A DNA stretch of 32,000 nucleotides from Halalkalibacterium halodurans (GCF_004376175.1 NZ_SNUY01000028.1:12698-44697), one strand, 5' to 3'; counted from the first letter of the stretch, positions 18,552 to 28,077 are shown. The notes: generated by a model from the letters alone, not told the origin. A program made the numbers and translations.

Positions 18552-19772
18552 CTACTTCTGCCGGGAGACAACCTTTCCTTTTCGATACCTGTTAGGGGAA
18601 ACGCCCATCACCTTCTTGAACGCTGTACTGAAGTAATGCTGCGTTTCGTAGCCTACCTTTTCCGATATTTCATTGATTGTTAAATTGGTGGAATGCAATA
18701 ATTGAATTGCACGCTTTATCCTTAGTTTCGTTAAAGCATGTGTAAAGGTAATCCCTAATTGTTCTTTAAACAACCGACTTAAATAGGCGGACGATACTTG
18801 CAAAGAGTCAGCCACTGTTTCAAGACTTAAACTGGATTGATAAAAATGGGCATTCATATATTGTTCGGCTCTTTTCACAATTTGTGAAACCTCAACTAAG
18901 TTGTATACTTTTTCTTTGCAGCGTTGAAATGATTGGGGAAGGTCACAAAGCTCTCCCGTTAAGCGCTCATAAGATTGGACGACCATCAGCTGTAAGGTTT
19001 CTTGAACCTTTTGTTCCAATTGTGTAAACAGCTCCTCCTCTACCTCTCCCCATAAAATAAAATAGATGAAACCCTCCACTTGATTTGACGCTTTCACATA
19101 AGAAGAACCGTTGAAAAAACGTACAACCTCTTGCTCGAAGGCACGGAATAGCTCTTGTCCCTCAAGGTCAGACATAAAGGATTGAGCCGGCTGTAACTCT
19201 GGACAGCGGATAACGCCAATAAAAGAAGGCAATGTATCGGGTAGCTGTAAAAACGACAACTGTTCAGCCACCTCTTCGTTCGTTAAGGCCCCCATCACCC
19301 AATTAGAACAAAATTGCTCCCTAAGCAGCGTGATGTTTTTCTCTAACTGTTTTGCTGTAAAGGTCTCTTCCCTTTTTCGATTTTGCCCCTCTGTTAACTC
19401 AATGCATACCTTTTTTAACACTTCATAAAGCTGATCCGCGTCTACAGGTTTAATGATATAGTCAACAACACTTAAGCGAATCGCCTCTTGGGCATACACA
19501 AACTCATCATGTCCTGTAATAATGATCACTTTGCAATGAGGCAAAGCGGTCCGAAGCTGTTTTATTAATGTAAGACCATTCATAATTGGCATATTCAAGT
19601 CTGCAAGTAAGATGTCGACTTGGTGTTCAAGTGCGAGCTCTAGTGCTTCTTCTCCGTCCTCCGCTTCAGCGACAACGGTTAACTGAAGCTCGCTCCAATT
19701 AATCGCATCTCTTATTCCTTCCCGTATAATGATTTCATCGTCCGCAATCAATACGTTCCATGAATCCATCAT
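18552..19772 (-). CDS. YesN/AraT-type response regulator (CheY receiver + AraC-type HTH)
   Basis: VLIADDEIIIREG...LLADLNMP...; C-terminal AraC HTH (SAYLSRLFKEQLG...ISEKVGYETQHYFSTAFKKVMGVSPNRYR). Confidence 0.9.
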   Translation of the reverse strand: MMDSWNVLIADDEIIIREGIRDAINWSELQLTVVAEAEDGEEALELALEHQVDILLADLNMPIMNGLTLIKQLRTALPHCKVIIITGHDEFVYAQEAIRLSVVDYIIKPVDADQLYEVLKKVCIELTEGQNRKREETFTAKQLEKNITLLREQFCSNWVMGALTNEEVAEQLSFLQLPDTLPSFIGVIRCPELQPAQSFMSDLEGQELFRAFEQEVVRFFNGSSYVKASNQVEGFIYFILWGEVEEELFTQLEQKVQETLQLMVVQSYERLTGELCDLPQSFQRCKEKVYNLVEVSQIVKRAEQYMNAHFYQSSLSLETVADSLQVSSAYLSRLFKEQLGITFTHALTKLRIKRAIQLLHSTNLTINEISEKVGYETQHYFSTAFKKVMGVSPNRYRKGKVVSRQK

Positions 19773-19783
19773 GCTCCCCCTTT

Positions 19784-21595
19784 TTATGCCCTCTTTGTCT
19801 CTACTCCACCCTCAAGGATCGGGTGGAAAATTGTAACAACTGTCCCTTCATTAAACACACTGTCAATTTTTACGCCGTACGGTTCACCGAACGTCAACCT
19901 TAAGCGCGCATGAACATTAATTAACCCATACCCCTTCGTTAACCGCTGTCCACCCTCCTTATCCCCTTTCTCCAAAAAGAGGTTTACATTTGTCCTTAAT
20001 TGCTGCAACGTTTCTGGCTTGATTCCTTTTCCGTTATCTCGAATACGAATGATGAGCATATCGTTTTCCCGTTCAGCTTCAATCGTGATCAAGCCAGGGC
20101 CACGTCTTTCTTTAATCCCATGGTAAATAGCATTTTCTACGATCGGCTGTAAAACGATTTTTAAAATGGACAAATGCTCCATATTACTTGGCATAACTAA
20201 CGAATAGTTCAGTTTATTTTTGTAGCGGACCGACTGAATTTGCAGGTAATTTTTAATATGCTCGATTTCATCAACTAACGGGATAATCGTCCCCCCCTTA
20301 CTTAAGCCAATTCGAAATAATTTCGAGAGTGCTCCGACTAGATCGGCTACATCTGAAGCATTTTTTTTGCGTGCCATCCATTGAATCGTATCCAGTGTGT
20401 TGTACAGAAAATGCGGTATAATGTTCGCTTGGAGACTGTGCAGCTCCGCCTCACGCTTTTTCCGTTCTTGGCGTTCTGTTAAGGAAATTAGCTTACCAAT
20501 TTGCTCAATCATCGTGTTAAAACTACGGCCCAGACGGCCAACCTCATCTTGCTCCTCCCCTTCATATCGACTCGTTAAGTCCCCCGATTCTGCCTTTTGC
20601 ATCGCAAGCATCAATTGATTAATCGGGCGAGAGATCGTATAAGATAAAAAGTAGGAAGCAGTAATTCCGACAAAGCAGACAAAAAAAACGAACGTAACGA
20701 CATAGAATAAAATTTGCTGTACTTCTTCTACCGATTGATCTGTTGAAAAAACACCAATCAACGTCCATCCCGTAAACGCTGATTGCTGATACATTAATTG
20801 ATAACGTTCTCCTTCTACTTCCTCAGTGAAAATTCCATAGTTTTGTGAAAAACGGTGATCAAAAGATTGTTCATACATGATTGATGGCGCAGGAGAATAA
20901 ATAGGATCACCCTTTTGATCCACCACCATTAAATAGCCTGATTTCCCTAACCGCACATCACGAACAGCTTCCTCGATCACTCGAAGCTTCAAATCAATTA
21001 AAATGACGCCTTTTTCTTCACCAGTAGTTGAATCGATAATGGCACGTACGACTGTCACTACTTCATCTTCACGATAATGAACATGTGATGTAATTCGTCT
21101 CCCTTGTGGCTTGCCAATTAATTTAGCAATCCCTTTATTTTCAACGGCTTGGCGATACCAGCTTTCTTGATTCAAATTAAAGGATGACCTTGTATATAGC
21201 TCATTGCTTAAATAGTCTCCTTGTTGATTGACTACTAAAATACCTGCGATTTCAGGATATAAGGTCGTAAAGTTTTGCAAAAATTTAGATATCTCATATT
21301 CTTCGTCTGGTCCTAAGTGTTCTAGCGTTCCATCGAGAAACTGTTGAATATTGGAGTGAAGCGAAATAAAATACGTCATATTTTGGACGTTTTCAATGTG
21401 TGCTTCAATCGTGCTGTTTACTTTATCAATAAGCTGTAATGTATTTTCGTTTACCTGCTGTTCAATAATCCGATCAACTGCCCAGCCAACGAGCACCGCT
21501 AATAATAGAGAAGGTAATATACTAATAAGTAAAAAGTGAATCACAAGCTTAAAACGTATCGGTAAGCTATTTAGTTTTGCTAGTTTATGCATCAT
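19784..21595 (-). CDS. YesM/AraS-type sensor histidine kinase (2 TM, Cache-like, HAMP, His_kinase, HATPase)
   Basis: 603 aa; ...LQANIIPHFLYNTLDTI (His box of the YesM/LytS class) ...NAIYHG...DNGKGI...GYGLINV. Confidence 0.9.
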   Translation of the reverse strand: MMHKLAKLNSLPIRFKLVIHFLLISILPSLLLAVLVGWAVDRIIEQQVNENTLQLIDKVNSTIEAHIENVQNMTYFISLHSNIQQFLDGTLEHLGPDEEYEISKFLQNFTTLYPEIAGILVVNQQGDYLSNELYTRSSFNLNQESWYRQAVENKGIAKLIGKPQGRRITSHVHYREDEVVTVVRAIIDSTTGEEKGVILIDLKLRVIEEAVRDVRLGKSGYLMVVDQKGDPIYSPAPSIMYEQSFDHRFSQNYGIFTEEVEGERYQLMYQQSAFTGWTLIGVFSTDQSVEEVQQILFYVVTFVFFVCFVGITASYFLSYTISRPINQLMLAMQKAESGDLTSRYEGEEQDEVGRLGRSFNTMIEQIGKLISLTERQERKKREAELHSLQANIIPHFLYNTLDTIQWMARKKNASDVADLVGALSKLFRIGLSKGGTIIPLVDEIEHIKNYLQIQSVRYKNKLNYSLVMPSNMEHLSILKIVLQPIVENAIYHGIKERRGPGLITIEAERENDMLIIRIRDNGKGIKPETLQQLRTNVNLFLEKGDKEGGQRLTKGYGLINVHARLRLTFGEPYGVKIDSVFNEGTVVTIFHPILEGGVETKRA

Positions 21596-21605
21596 ACTGC
21601 TTCAC

Positions 21606-22613
21606 CTAATCCGCATAATAGTAATCAACATTTTCATCTGTCACGATCGTAATACCAGTATCCACATATAACGGTAATGGGGCTTCCTCTCGTGTCTGGA
21701 GAATTTGCGGTTCTGTAAGCCCATGATGGAGGTGAAATAAATAGGTTAACGACCAATATCCCATGTTCCACGTGCCTTGTGCCAGAGTGGCAGAGATAAT
21801 GCCTTCGTCAACTAAATCAAGCGTTCCCTTATCCGTATCAAAACTAATAATTTGAATTTCTCCGGCTCTACTTTCTAGACGAACCGCATCACCAACTCCA
21901 ACGCCCCCGTTAGCCTCAGTGGCAAAGATACCTACCAGATTCGGATAATCCTCTAGCAATTGATGGGCCACCCTTCGAGAGTGAAGACTATCTCCCCTAC
22001 CATCTTCAACTGCAACCACTTCTATTGCAGGGAATTCCGCTTCCAACGTCTCCTTAAACCCAGTCGTACGTTCTTGATGATTCAATTGATTCGGAAGAGT
22101 AATGACCGCTACTTCACCTTCTCCATCTAACAGTTCAGCCATTTTATAGGCCGCATTCATTCCTGCATTATAATTATTCGTCCCTAAAAAGGAATGAGCG
22201 TGACTGTCAGGGGCACCTGAATCAAACAACACGATCGGAATACCTGCATCGACAGCTTTATTGATCGTATCCGTAAGCTCCACTGGGTCAATTGCTGAAA
22301 TGGCAATACCCGCAGGATTTTTGGCAATCGCTTGCTCTAATACAGTAATTTGCTCTTGAATATCATATTGGGCAGCTCCCCGATACTCAACCGTCACATT
22401 TAATGCTTGGGCCGCATCTTCAAAGCCCTTTAAACACCTTTTCCAATAATCCATCCCGGATTGAAAGGTGATCATCATATACGTTTCATTCAGATCCCCT
22501 TGTAACCCGCGAGTATCCCAAGGGTTGGCAACTGGTTCCTTAAAGTGAGCATGATATACATACAGCATAAACAGCCCAATAAGTGCTACATAGACAAGCA
22601 ACAGCTTTTTCAT
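21606..22613 (-). CDS. Membrane-anchored sugar-binding sensor protein (AraP-like, type I PBP fold)
   Basis: N-terminal TM anchor with no lipobox Cys; RbsB-like fold (AISAIDP...IPIVLFDSG). First gene of the sensor operon. Confidence 0.85.
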   Translation of the reverse strand: MKKLLLVYVALIGLFMLYVYHAHFKEPVANPWDTRGLQGDLNETYMMITFQSGMDYWKRCLKGFEDAAQALNVTVEYRGAAQYDIQEQITVLEQAIAKNPAGIAISAIDPVELTDTINKAVDAGIPIVLFDSGAPDSHAHSFLGTNNYNAGMNAAYKMAELLDGEGEVAVITLPNQLNHQERTTGFKETLEAEFPAIEVVAVEDGRGDSLHSRRVAHQLLEDYPNLVGIFATEANGGVGVGDAVRLESRAGEIQIISFDTDKGTLDLVDEGIISATLAQGTWNMGYWSLTYLFHLHHGLTEPQILQTREEAPLPLYVDTGITIVTDENVDYYYAD

Positions 22614-22756
22614 CCCATGAAACCCCTTTCAAAAAATCAGTTACCGATCATTTGCCATTAGACGATCTACTAAGATTATATCATTCAACTAGATCATCAT
22701 TTGTATCTATCTAGATCAAATGTCCTTCTTTATTTTTGGTCAATTGCTATGGGATT

Positions 22757-22947
22757 GATTGTTTCAAAATACACTCGATAGCATCAGGAGAAAGCGCCCC
22801 GATGGATCATCAGCTCTTGCTTTTCCCGCAGGCGTCTCATGATTTAGACCATCAACCTAGAAACGTCCGTCTCGTTATACGTATACACAAAAAGGTTCGG
22901 ATCATTTTATTTTGATGATCCGAACCTTTTTGATTACGTTTGGCTAG
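22757..22947 (-). repeat. Repeat copy B (longest): terminator cassette plus tail plus core plus 20-nt box
   Basis: Hairpin at 22888..22931 terminates the NhaC-family gene; flank at 22932..22947; core TTGCTTTTCCCGCAGGCGTC; box GATTGTTTCAAAATACACTCG at 22757..22777. Confidence 0.7.
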
Positions 22948-22960
22948 TTCGTTTTTTTCT

Positions 22961-24511
22961 TTAAGATGAAACTGGTTGCTTATCCGCTGCAATTCTTTTC
23001 AAAATGATCACGGAGAGAACGAGCAATCCAATCGCTACAGCGAGACCTATTAGCACACTGTTTGTCATGCCGAGGGCGAGGAACGCGATAAAGCTAATAA
23101 CTGCACTAAGGATCGCGTATGGCAACTGGGTAATCACGTGATCAATATGGTGACTTCCCGCCCCTGTGGACGACAAGATTGTCGTATCAGAGATCGGTGA
23201 GCAATGGTCACCAAAGATGGCCCCAGCCAACACAGCCGCTAACATTGGCAAAATCATCGTCACATCGATTACGGCCGCCATTTCACCAGCAATCGGCAAT
23301 AAAATACCGAATGTCCCCCACGATGTACCTGTGGAAAAGGCAGTCACACCAGCAATCAAAAATAGGATCGCAGGAAGCAGCATCGGTGGAATTCTCCCAT
23401 CAACGAGGGACGCTAAATAGCCTCCAGTCCCGAGACCATCGATAATCCCAATTAATGTCCAAGCAAAAATCAAAATATAAATTGCCGGAAGCATCGATTT
23501 TATTCCAGCCCAGAGAGAGCCGCCTAACCCATTTGCACCTTTAACTAAATTGAGCACCAACGCCACGATAAACCCGATGAGCCCACCATACACGAGAGCT
23601 CTCGCCACATCCGTGTTTTCAAAAATCGAAAGAATAGTGACCGTTCCCTCTGTTCCTTGAATTCCGGTCGTAATCATAAATGTAACGGTCCCGATCACAA
23701 GAGCAACAATCGGCAAAATCAAGTCGGACACCCGTCCTTGCTTAACCACTTTCACTTGATCCTGTTCACCAGGAGCTGGGCCTTTCGCTGCATCTAAAAG
23801 CTCTCCCGTCTCCACAGCTTTGGTTTCATGAATCTTCATCGCGCCAACATCTAAGTTGTACCATGCAACTGCAAATACAAGACCGATGGCAACGATAGCG
23901 TAAAGGTTCATTGGCACCATCATGACAAACGCCTGCAATCCACCGTATTGCGTCACTCCATGTGTCGCCAATATCCCAGCGATGATCGTAATAATGTACG
24001 CTCCCCAGCTAGAAATCGGCGAGATGACACAGATTGGCGCTGACGTTGAGTCAACAATGTAAGCCAGCTTCGCACGTGAAACCCGATGACGGTCCGTAAG
24101 CGGGCGACTCACATTACCTACGGTTAAACTATTGAAATAATCGTCAATGAATACAATAATCCCTAACCAAAACGCTAGCAGTTGTGCGCCCACGCGAGTT
24201 TTCACCTTACGAACAGCCCATTCACCAAACGCCCGCGTTCCACCTGAGCGTGTCATAAGGGCAGCCATCATACCTAACAAAAGCAAGAAAAAGATAATGA
24301 ACAATTCCCAGTCATTGATGGCTCCTTCAGTTACAAAAATGGCGCCGACGAGTTCTGCTACATGCTTAATGCTCTCAAGTATCGCAAAATCATTAAGCAT
24401 GATCGCACCGACAATGATCCCAATCCCGAGCGACAGCAGCACACGCCTTGTCAAAATCACCATCACCAACGCAAGGAGCGGTGGGATCAATGACCAAATG
24501 CTCCCTTCCAT
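22961..24511 (-). CDS. NhaC-family (COG1757) antiporter-like transporter; candidate lysine-related transporter
   Basis: 516 aa, polytopic (MEGSIWSLIPPLLALVMVILTRR...FIDDYFNSLTVG...). Preceded by a lysine riboswitch. Confidence 0.85.
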   Translation of the reverse strand: MEGSIWSLIPPLLALVMVILTRRVLLSLGIGIIVGAIMLNDFAILESIKHVAELVGAIFVTEGAINDWELFIIFFLLLLGMMAALMTRSGGTRAFGEWAVRKVKTRVGAQLLAFWLGIIVFIDDYFNSLTVGNVSRPLTDRHRVSRAKLAYIVDSTSAPICVISPISSWGAYIITIIAGILATHGVTQYGGLQAFVMMVPMNLYAIVAIGLVFAVAWYNLDVGAMKIHETKAVETGELLDAAKGPAPGEQDQVKVVKQGRVSDLILPIVALVIGTVTFMITTGIQGTEGTVTILSIFENTDVARALVYGGLIGFIVALVLNLVKGANGLGGSLWAGIKSMLPAIYILIFAWTLIGIIDGLGTGGYLASLVDGRIPPMLLPAILFLIAGVTAFSTGTSWGTFGILLPIAGEMAAVIDVTMILPMLAAVLAGAIFGDHCSPISDTTILSSTGAGSHHIDHVITQLPYAILSAVISFIAFLALGMTNSVLIGLAVAIGLLVLSVIILKRIAADKQPVSS

Positions 24512-24589
24512 ATTCGTTCCTCCATTCTTCGTCGTAATGGAATCACGCTTTTCAGCGAATCCCTTCTTCTATATCTATTACTTAGGGCA

Positions 24590-24845
24590 CAAAAAAAGAG
24601 CAATGATGAGATCGATCTCTCCCATTGCCCTTTTATCCGCACAAGGAAACCCCATCACAACGTTAGTAGTTCTCCACAGCAAAACAAGCTGTGACAGTGT
24701 TGCATTTATTCAATGCAACCCCAGCAAGAAGACGCTTGACTCATCTTCCGCTTCGGCGAGTTTTCCTTTCGGCGCTTATCCTCGTTGTCATCCTCCAAGC
24801 GCTTACTCTTAAAACCCGCTCCTCTACCCCATCTTGTGGATGAGG
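24590..24845 (-). promoter_or_regulatory. Lysine riboswitch (L-box) with expression-platform terminator
   Basis: Minus strand blocks: GGGGTAGAGGAGCGGG / AAGAGTAAGCGCTTGGAGG / GCGCCGAAAGGAAAACTCGCCGAAGCGG / TGCTGGGGTTGCATTGAATAAATGCAACACTGTCACAG / GCTGTGGAGAACTAC, colinear with the B. subtilis lysC leader. Then the terminator GGGCAATGGGAGAGATC-GATCTCATCATTGCTC-TTTTTTT (24633..24590). Confidence 0.85.
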
Positions 24846-24874
24846 CACACCATCTATTCAATTAATCGTAAGTT

Positions 24875-24903
24875 ATTCTACCATAATATATTTCATGTCG
24901 CAA
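24875..24903 (-). promoter_or_regulatory. Candidate sigmaA promoter driving the L-box leader
   Basis: Minus strand TTGCGA (24903..24898), 17 nt spacer, TAGAAT (24880..24875) preceded by TGG (extended -10). Confidence 0.5.
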
Positions 24904-24915
24904 TGTAAATATTCG

Positions 24916-25407
24916 CTAGTTTTTCGCTTGACGCTCATATACTCTGAACTCATGAGGATAGACATTCTTTTCATCGACAGTGCCCGCCTCAACGGACACA
25001 AGCTCCCACTCCTGTCCATCAATCTCTGGAAAATACGTATCACCGTCAAAAACCTCATCAATGTAGGTCACATACATCCGATCCGCGTGGGGCCAAAAAG
25101 CTTTAAACAGTTCACTACCGCCAATGACAAACGTTTCGTTTTCATGTTCTGTGAGCCTTATAGCTTCATCGATAGAATGGACGATGTCAACCCCTTCGGC
25201 TGTGTATGCTTGCGATCTTGTGACGACGACGTTTCGGCGATTTGGTAACGGTTTGCCGATCGACTCATACGTTTTCCGTCCCATGATCACCGTATGTCCC
25301 GAAGTTACCCGTTTAAAATGGGCTAAATCGGCAGGGAGTCGCCACGGAAGGTCATTCTCTTTTCCAATGAGCCGATGCTTGTCCATCGCAACAATAAACG
25401 AAATCAT
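24916..25407 (-). CDS. dfrA: Dihydrofolate reductase
   Basis: [51 protein letters not shown]; ATGA overlap with thyA. Confidence 0.9.
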   Translation of the reverse strand: MISFIVAMDKHRLIGKENDLPWRLPADLAHFKRVTSGHTVIMGRKTYESIGKPLPNRRNVVVTRSQAYTAEGVDIVHSIDEAIRLTEHENETFVIGGSELFKAFWPHADRMYVTYIDEVFDGDTYFPEIDGQEWELVSVEAGTVDEKNVYPHEFRVYERQAKN

Positions 25408-26198
25408 ACAGACACTTCTCCTTTTATATGAGGGTGCGGGTCATAACCGACAAGCTCAAAATCATCGAACGTGAAGTCGAACAATGAACGAACCTCTGGG
25501 TTCAAACGCATCTCCGGTAATGGTCTTGGCTCTCGCGTTAACTGTAATTTTACTTGTTCGATATGATTTAAGTAAATGTGAGCGTCACCGAACGTGTGAA
25601 CAAACTCTCCTTCTTCTAAATCGCATACTTGGGCGATCATTTTTGTTAACAAGGCGTATGAAGCGATGTTGAAAGGAACGCCTAGGAAAATATCTGCACT
25701 TCGCTGATAGAGCTGACACGATAGCTTTCCGTCTTGCACATAAAATTGGAATAGGCAATGACATGGAGCTAAAGCCATATCTTCAATCTCCGCTGCATTC
25801 CAAGCACTTACGATCAATCGTCTTGAATCCGGTTGATGTTTAATCGCTTCTACGACTTGAGAAATTTGGTCGATCGTTTTCCCATTCGCGCCTTCCCATG
25901 AGCGCCACTGTTTACCATATACAGGACCGAGTTCCCCATTTTCATCGGCCCACTCGTTCCAAATTCGCACACCATTCTCTTGCAAGTAGGCGATGTTAGT
26001 CTCTCCTTTTAAAAACCAAAGCAGTTCATGGATGATCGACCGCAGGTGCAGTTTTTTCGTCGTAACAACGGGAAATCCTTCTTGGAGATCAAATCTCATT
26101 TGATAGCCAAAAACGCTGATCGTCCCTGTTCCTGTCCGATCTGATCGCTCGGTTCCATGCTCGAGAACGTGGCGGCAAAGCTCTAAATATTGTTCCAT
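25404..26198 (-). CDS. thyA: Thymidylate synthase (264-aa ThyA, E. coli / B. subtilis ThyB type)
   Basis: [31 protein letters not shown]...[12 protein letters not shown]... Confidence 0.95.
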   Translation of the reverse strand: MEQYLELCRHVLEHGTERSDRTGTGTISVFGYQMRFDLQEGFPVVTTKKLHLRSIIHELLWFLKGETNIAYLQENGVRIWNEWADENGELGPVYGKQWRSWEGANGKTIDQISQVVEAIKHQPDSRRLIVSAWNAAEIEDMALAPCHCLFQFYVQDGKLSCQLYQRSADIFLGVPFNIASYALLTKMIAQVCDLEEGEFVHTFGDAHIYLNHIEQVKLQLTREPRPLPEMRLNPEVRSLFDFTFDDFELVGYDPHPHIKGEVSV

Positions 26199-26270
26199 AC
26201 ACGATCACTCCTATGTATTCGTCTAACCTAACACGTATTATACATGATTTACTGTTAGGAGGTACGTATA

Positions 26271-26312
26271 AAAAGCAAAAGCGGCCCACTTGCTTCAGCG
26301 TGACCGCTTTTC
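26271..26312 (-). terminator. Intrinsic terminator after yunC
   Basis: Minus strand AAAAGCGGTCAC-loop-GTGGGCCGCTTTTGCTTTTT. Confidence 0.7.
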
Positions 26313-26318
26313 CTAGTT

Positions 26319-26612
26319 TTATACCATTTTCAAGAGAGCGTCTCGCCCTTTCATTCCTTCCGTAATCCCACAAGCTTCTGCCTCCAATGTGACCGATTCA
26401 AGGGGAGCGTCGAGCAATTGATCGATGGTGCGAACACCGACTGCACGTCCAGCGATAATTTTTCGTTCTGCTAACTTTTCATTTAATAATGCTACATCGA
26501 GCGCCCCACACATAATGTACCCTTTCTCTGACGTGACCGCCATAAAGTTCGTTTTTGGAAGCTTCAAGGTGACAGCAAGAAACGTGTGACCTTCAATGTC
26601 AATCGGATTCAT
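26319..26612 (-). CDS. yunC: YunC (DUF1805)
   Basis: MNPIDIEGHTFLAVTLKLPKTNFMAVTSEKGYIMCGALDVALLNEKL. ATG at 26612 has a GAAGGTG SD 6 nt upstream. Confidence 0.85.
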   Translation of the reverse strand: MNPIDIEGHTFLAVTLKLPKTNFMAVTSEKGYIMCGALDVALLNEKLAERKIIAGRAVGVRTIDQLLDAPLESVTLEAEACGITEGMKGRDALLKMV

Positions 26613-26688
26613 TTCTAACACCTTCGTCACTCCTTCTTCATCTCATTCCTTTATAGAATATGGGAGTTCGATGAAAGAAGTGCACATA

Positions 26689-28077
26689 CTACCGGTGTTC
26701 GATTTTTTTCAGCTGCCACGCCAACACATCGCGAAGCATTTCCGGCATGAAATACCGCTTCTCCTGAGATTCTGCAATTTTCGGAAACAAATAACCGAAC
26801 GTATACATATCTAGGGTGGCAAGCTCGTAAAGCTGCTCTTTGACAACAGGTTCGCCCGCAATTTTCACTTCCGTCACTTCCAACGTTCCGTCTCGTTCTT
26901 CACTGAGGCTGATGTCGATGCCTGTAAAAAGCATCGTTCCGAGTACTTTGCCACGAAAGCCAAATCCTTTTAGTTCAAGCTCAATGATTTCCCTAGTGTG
27001 GGCACGCCTGATCGTCTCTAAAAGGGCATCACCTGTCATTTTGACGAGGCACGGATTAATTGGGTGTGGACAAATGCGGTGAATGTCACCTACGGTTACG
27101 ATGTTAGGGCCAATCGATTCAAGCAGTACACCTGCATTCATCATCCCAATATCCGCCCCGCACCATTCTGTAATCCCATCACATAATAGCTGGGCCCCTT
27201 CTGTAGGGATAAACCAGTCGACGGTCAGTTGCTGCGAAAGGTAGGCAACCTCTTGTGATAAATGCTGCTTTGCCTCCCTATTTAAATGTTCTAGCTGAAG
27301 ATGAGTCGTTTGATCTGGGGCTTCTTTTTCCATATCGATCAGTTGCGCGTTGCTTTCCGCAATACAGCGGGCTTCCGTATCATACGTAAGCTCTACCTTA
27401 CCAAGCCATTTGCCACCCCTGCCTGCCTGGGTAATAAGCGTGCCATACAATCGCTTTCCTTCTGGGAGAACGTGATGGGTATGAGCCCCACAAATAAGGT
27501 CAATTCCTTCATACTGCTCGGCTATTTCTTCATCTCGAAACAGCCCAAGATGGGACAGCAAAACCACAACATCGGCTTGCCCCTTAACCTCTTCAAGTAG
27601 CTGCGGCAACACCTCTTCATGACGGCGAACATCCCAGCCTAACTCGCGGTAGAATGGGGTAAAGGGAGCCGTTACACCAATCATTCCAATCGTGAGCTGC
27701 TCCGATACCGTATGAAGGACATAAGGAGTCGCCCATGCTGGCCGCATTCCATCCTCGTCAAATAAGTTGGCGACGACCACAGGGAAGGAGGCATGAGCAT
27801 ATAATTCATTTAAAGCTTCTTTCGAGAAAGTGATTCCTTCGTTATTTCCAATCGTCGCATAATCAATCCCTAACTCATTTAAAAGAGCAACATTTGCTTT
27901 CCCCATCGTCGCTTCTGTTATAACATGACTTCGGTCCGCATGGTCTCCTAAATCGAGCAACAGGTAAGATTCTGTTTTTTCCCGTTCTTTTTTCATGTAG
28001 GAGACAATCTGTGGCCAATACGTAAAATGGCTATGAAGATCATTCATATGATAAATCGTTAATGGTATCGTTGCCAA
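26689..28077 (-). CDS. yunD: YunD, 5'-nucleotidase / metallophosphoesterase family
   Basis: IYHMNDLHSHF...LDLGDHADR...GNNEG...; C-terminal 5'-nucleotidase domain. Confidence 0.85.
   Translation of the reverse strand: MATIPLTIYHMNDLHSHFTYWPQIVSYMKKEREKTESYLLLDLGDHADRSHVITEATMGKANVALLNELGIDYATIGNNEGITFSKEALNELYAHASFPVVVANLFDEDGMRPAWATPYVLHTVSEQLTIGMIGVTAPFTPFYRELGWDVRRHEEVLPQLLEEVKGQADVVVLLSHLGLFRDEEIAEQYEGIDLICGAHTHHVLPEGKRLYGTLITQAGRGGKWLGKVELTYDTEARCIAESNAQLIDMEKEAPDQTTHLQLEHLNREAKQHLSQEVAYLSQQLTVDWFIPTEGAQLLCDGITEWCGADIGMMNAGVLLESIGPNIVTVGDIHRICPHPINPCLVKMTGDALLETIRRAHTREIIELELKGFGFRGKVLGTMLFTGIDISLSEERDGTLEVTEVKIAGEPVVKEQLYELATLDMYTFGYLFPKIAESQEKRYFMPEMLRDVLAWQLKKIEHR

Noticed and set aside
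24147-24812. 221-aa ORF on the plus strand
   Set aside because: It is antisense to the NhaC-family gene and runs through its riboswitch leader. Its composition mirrors the membrane protein on the other strand. Antisense artefact.
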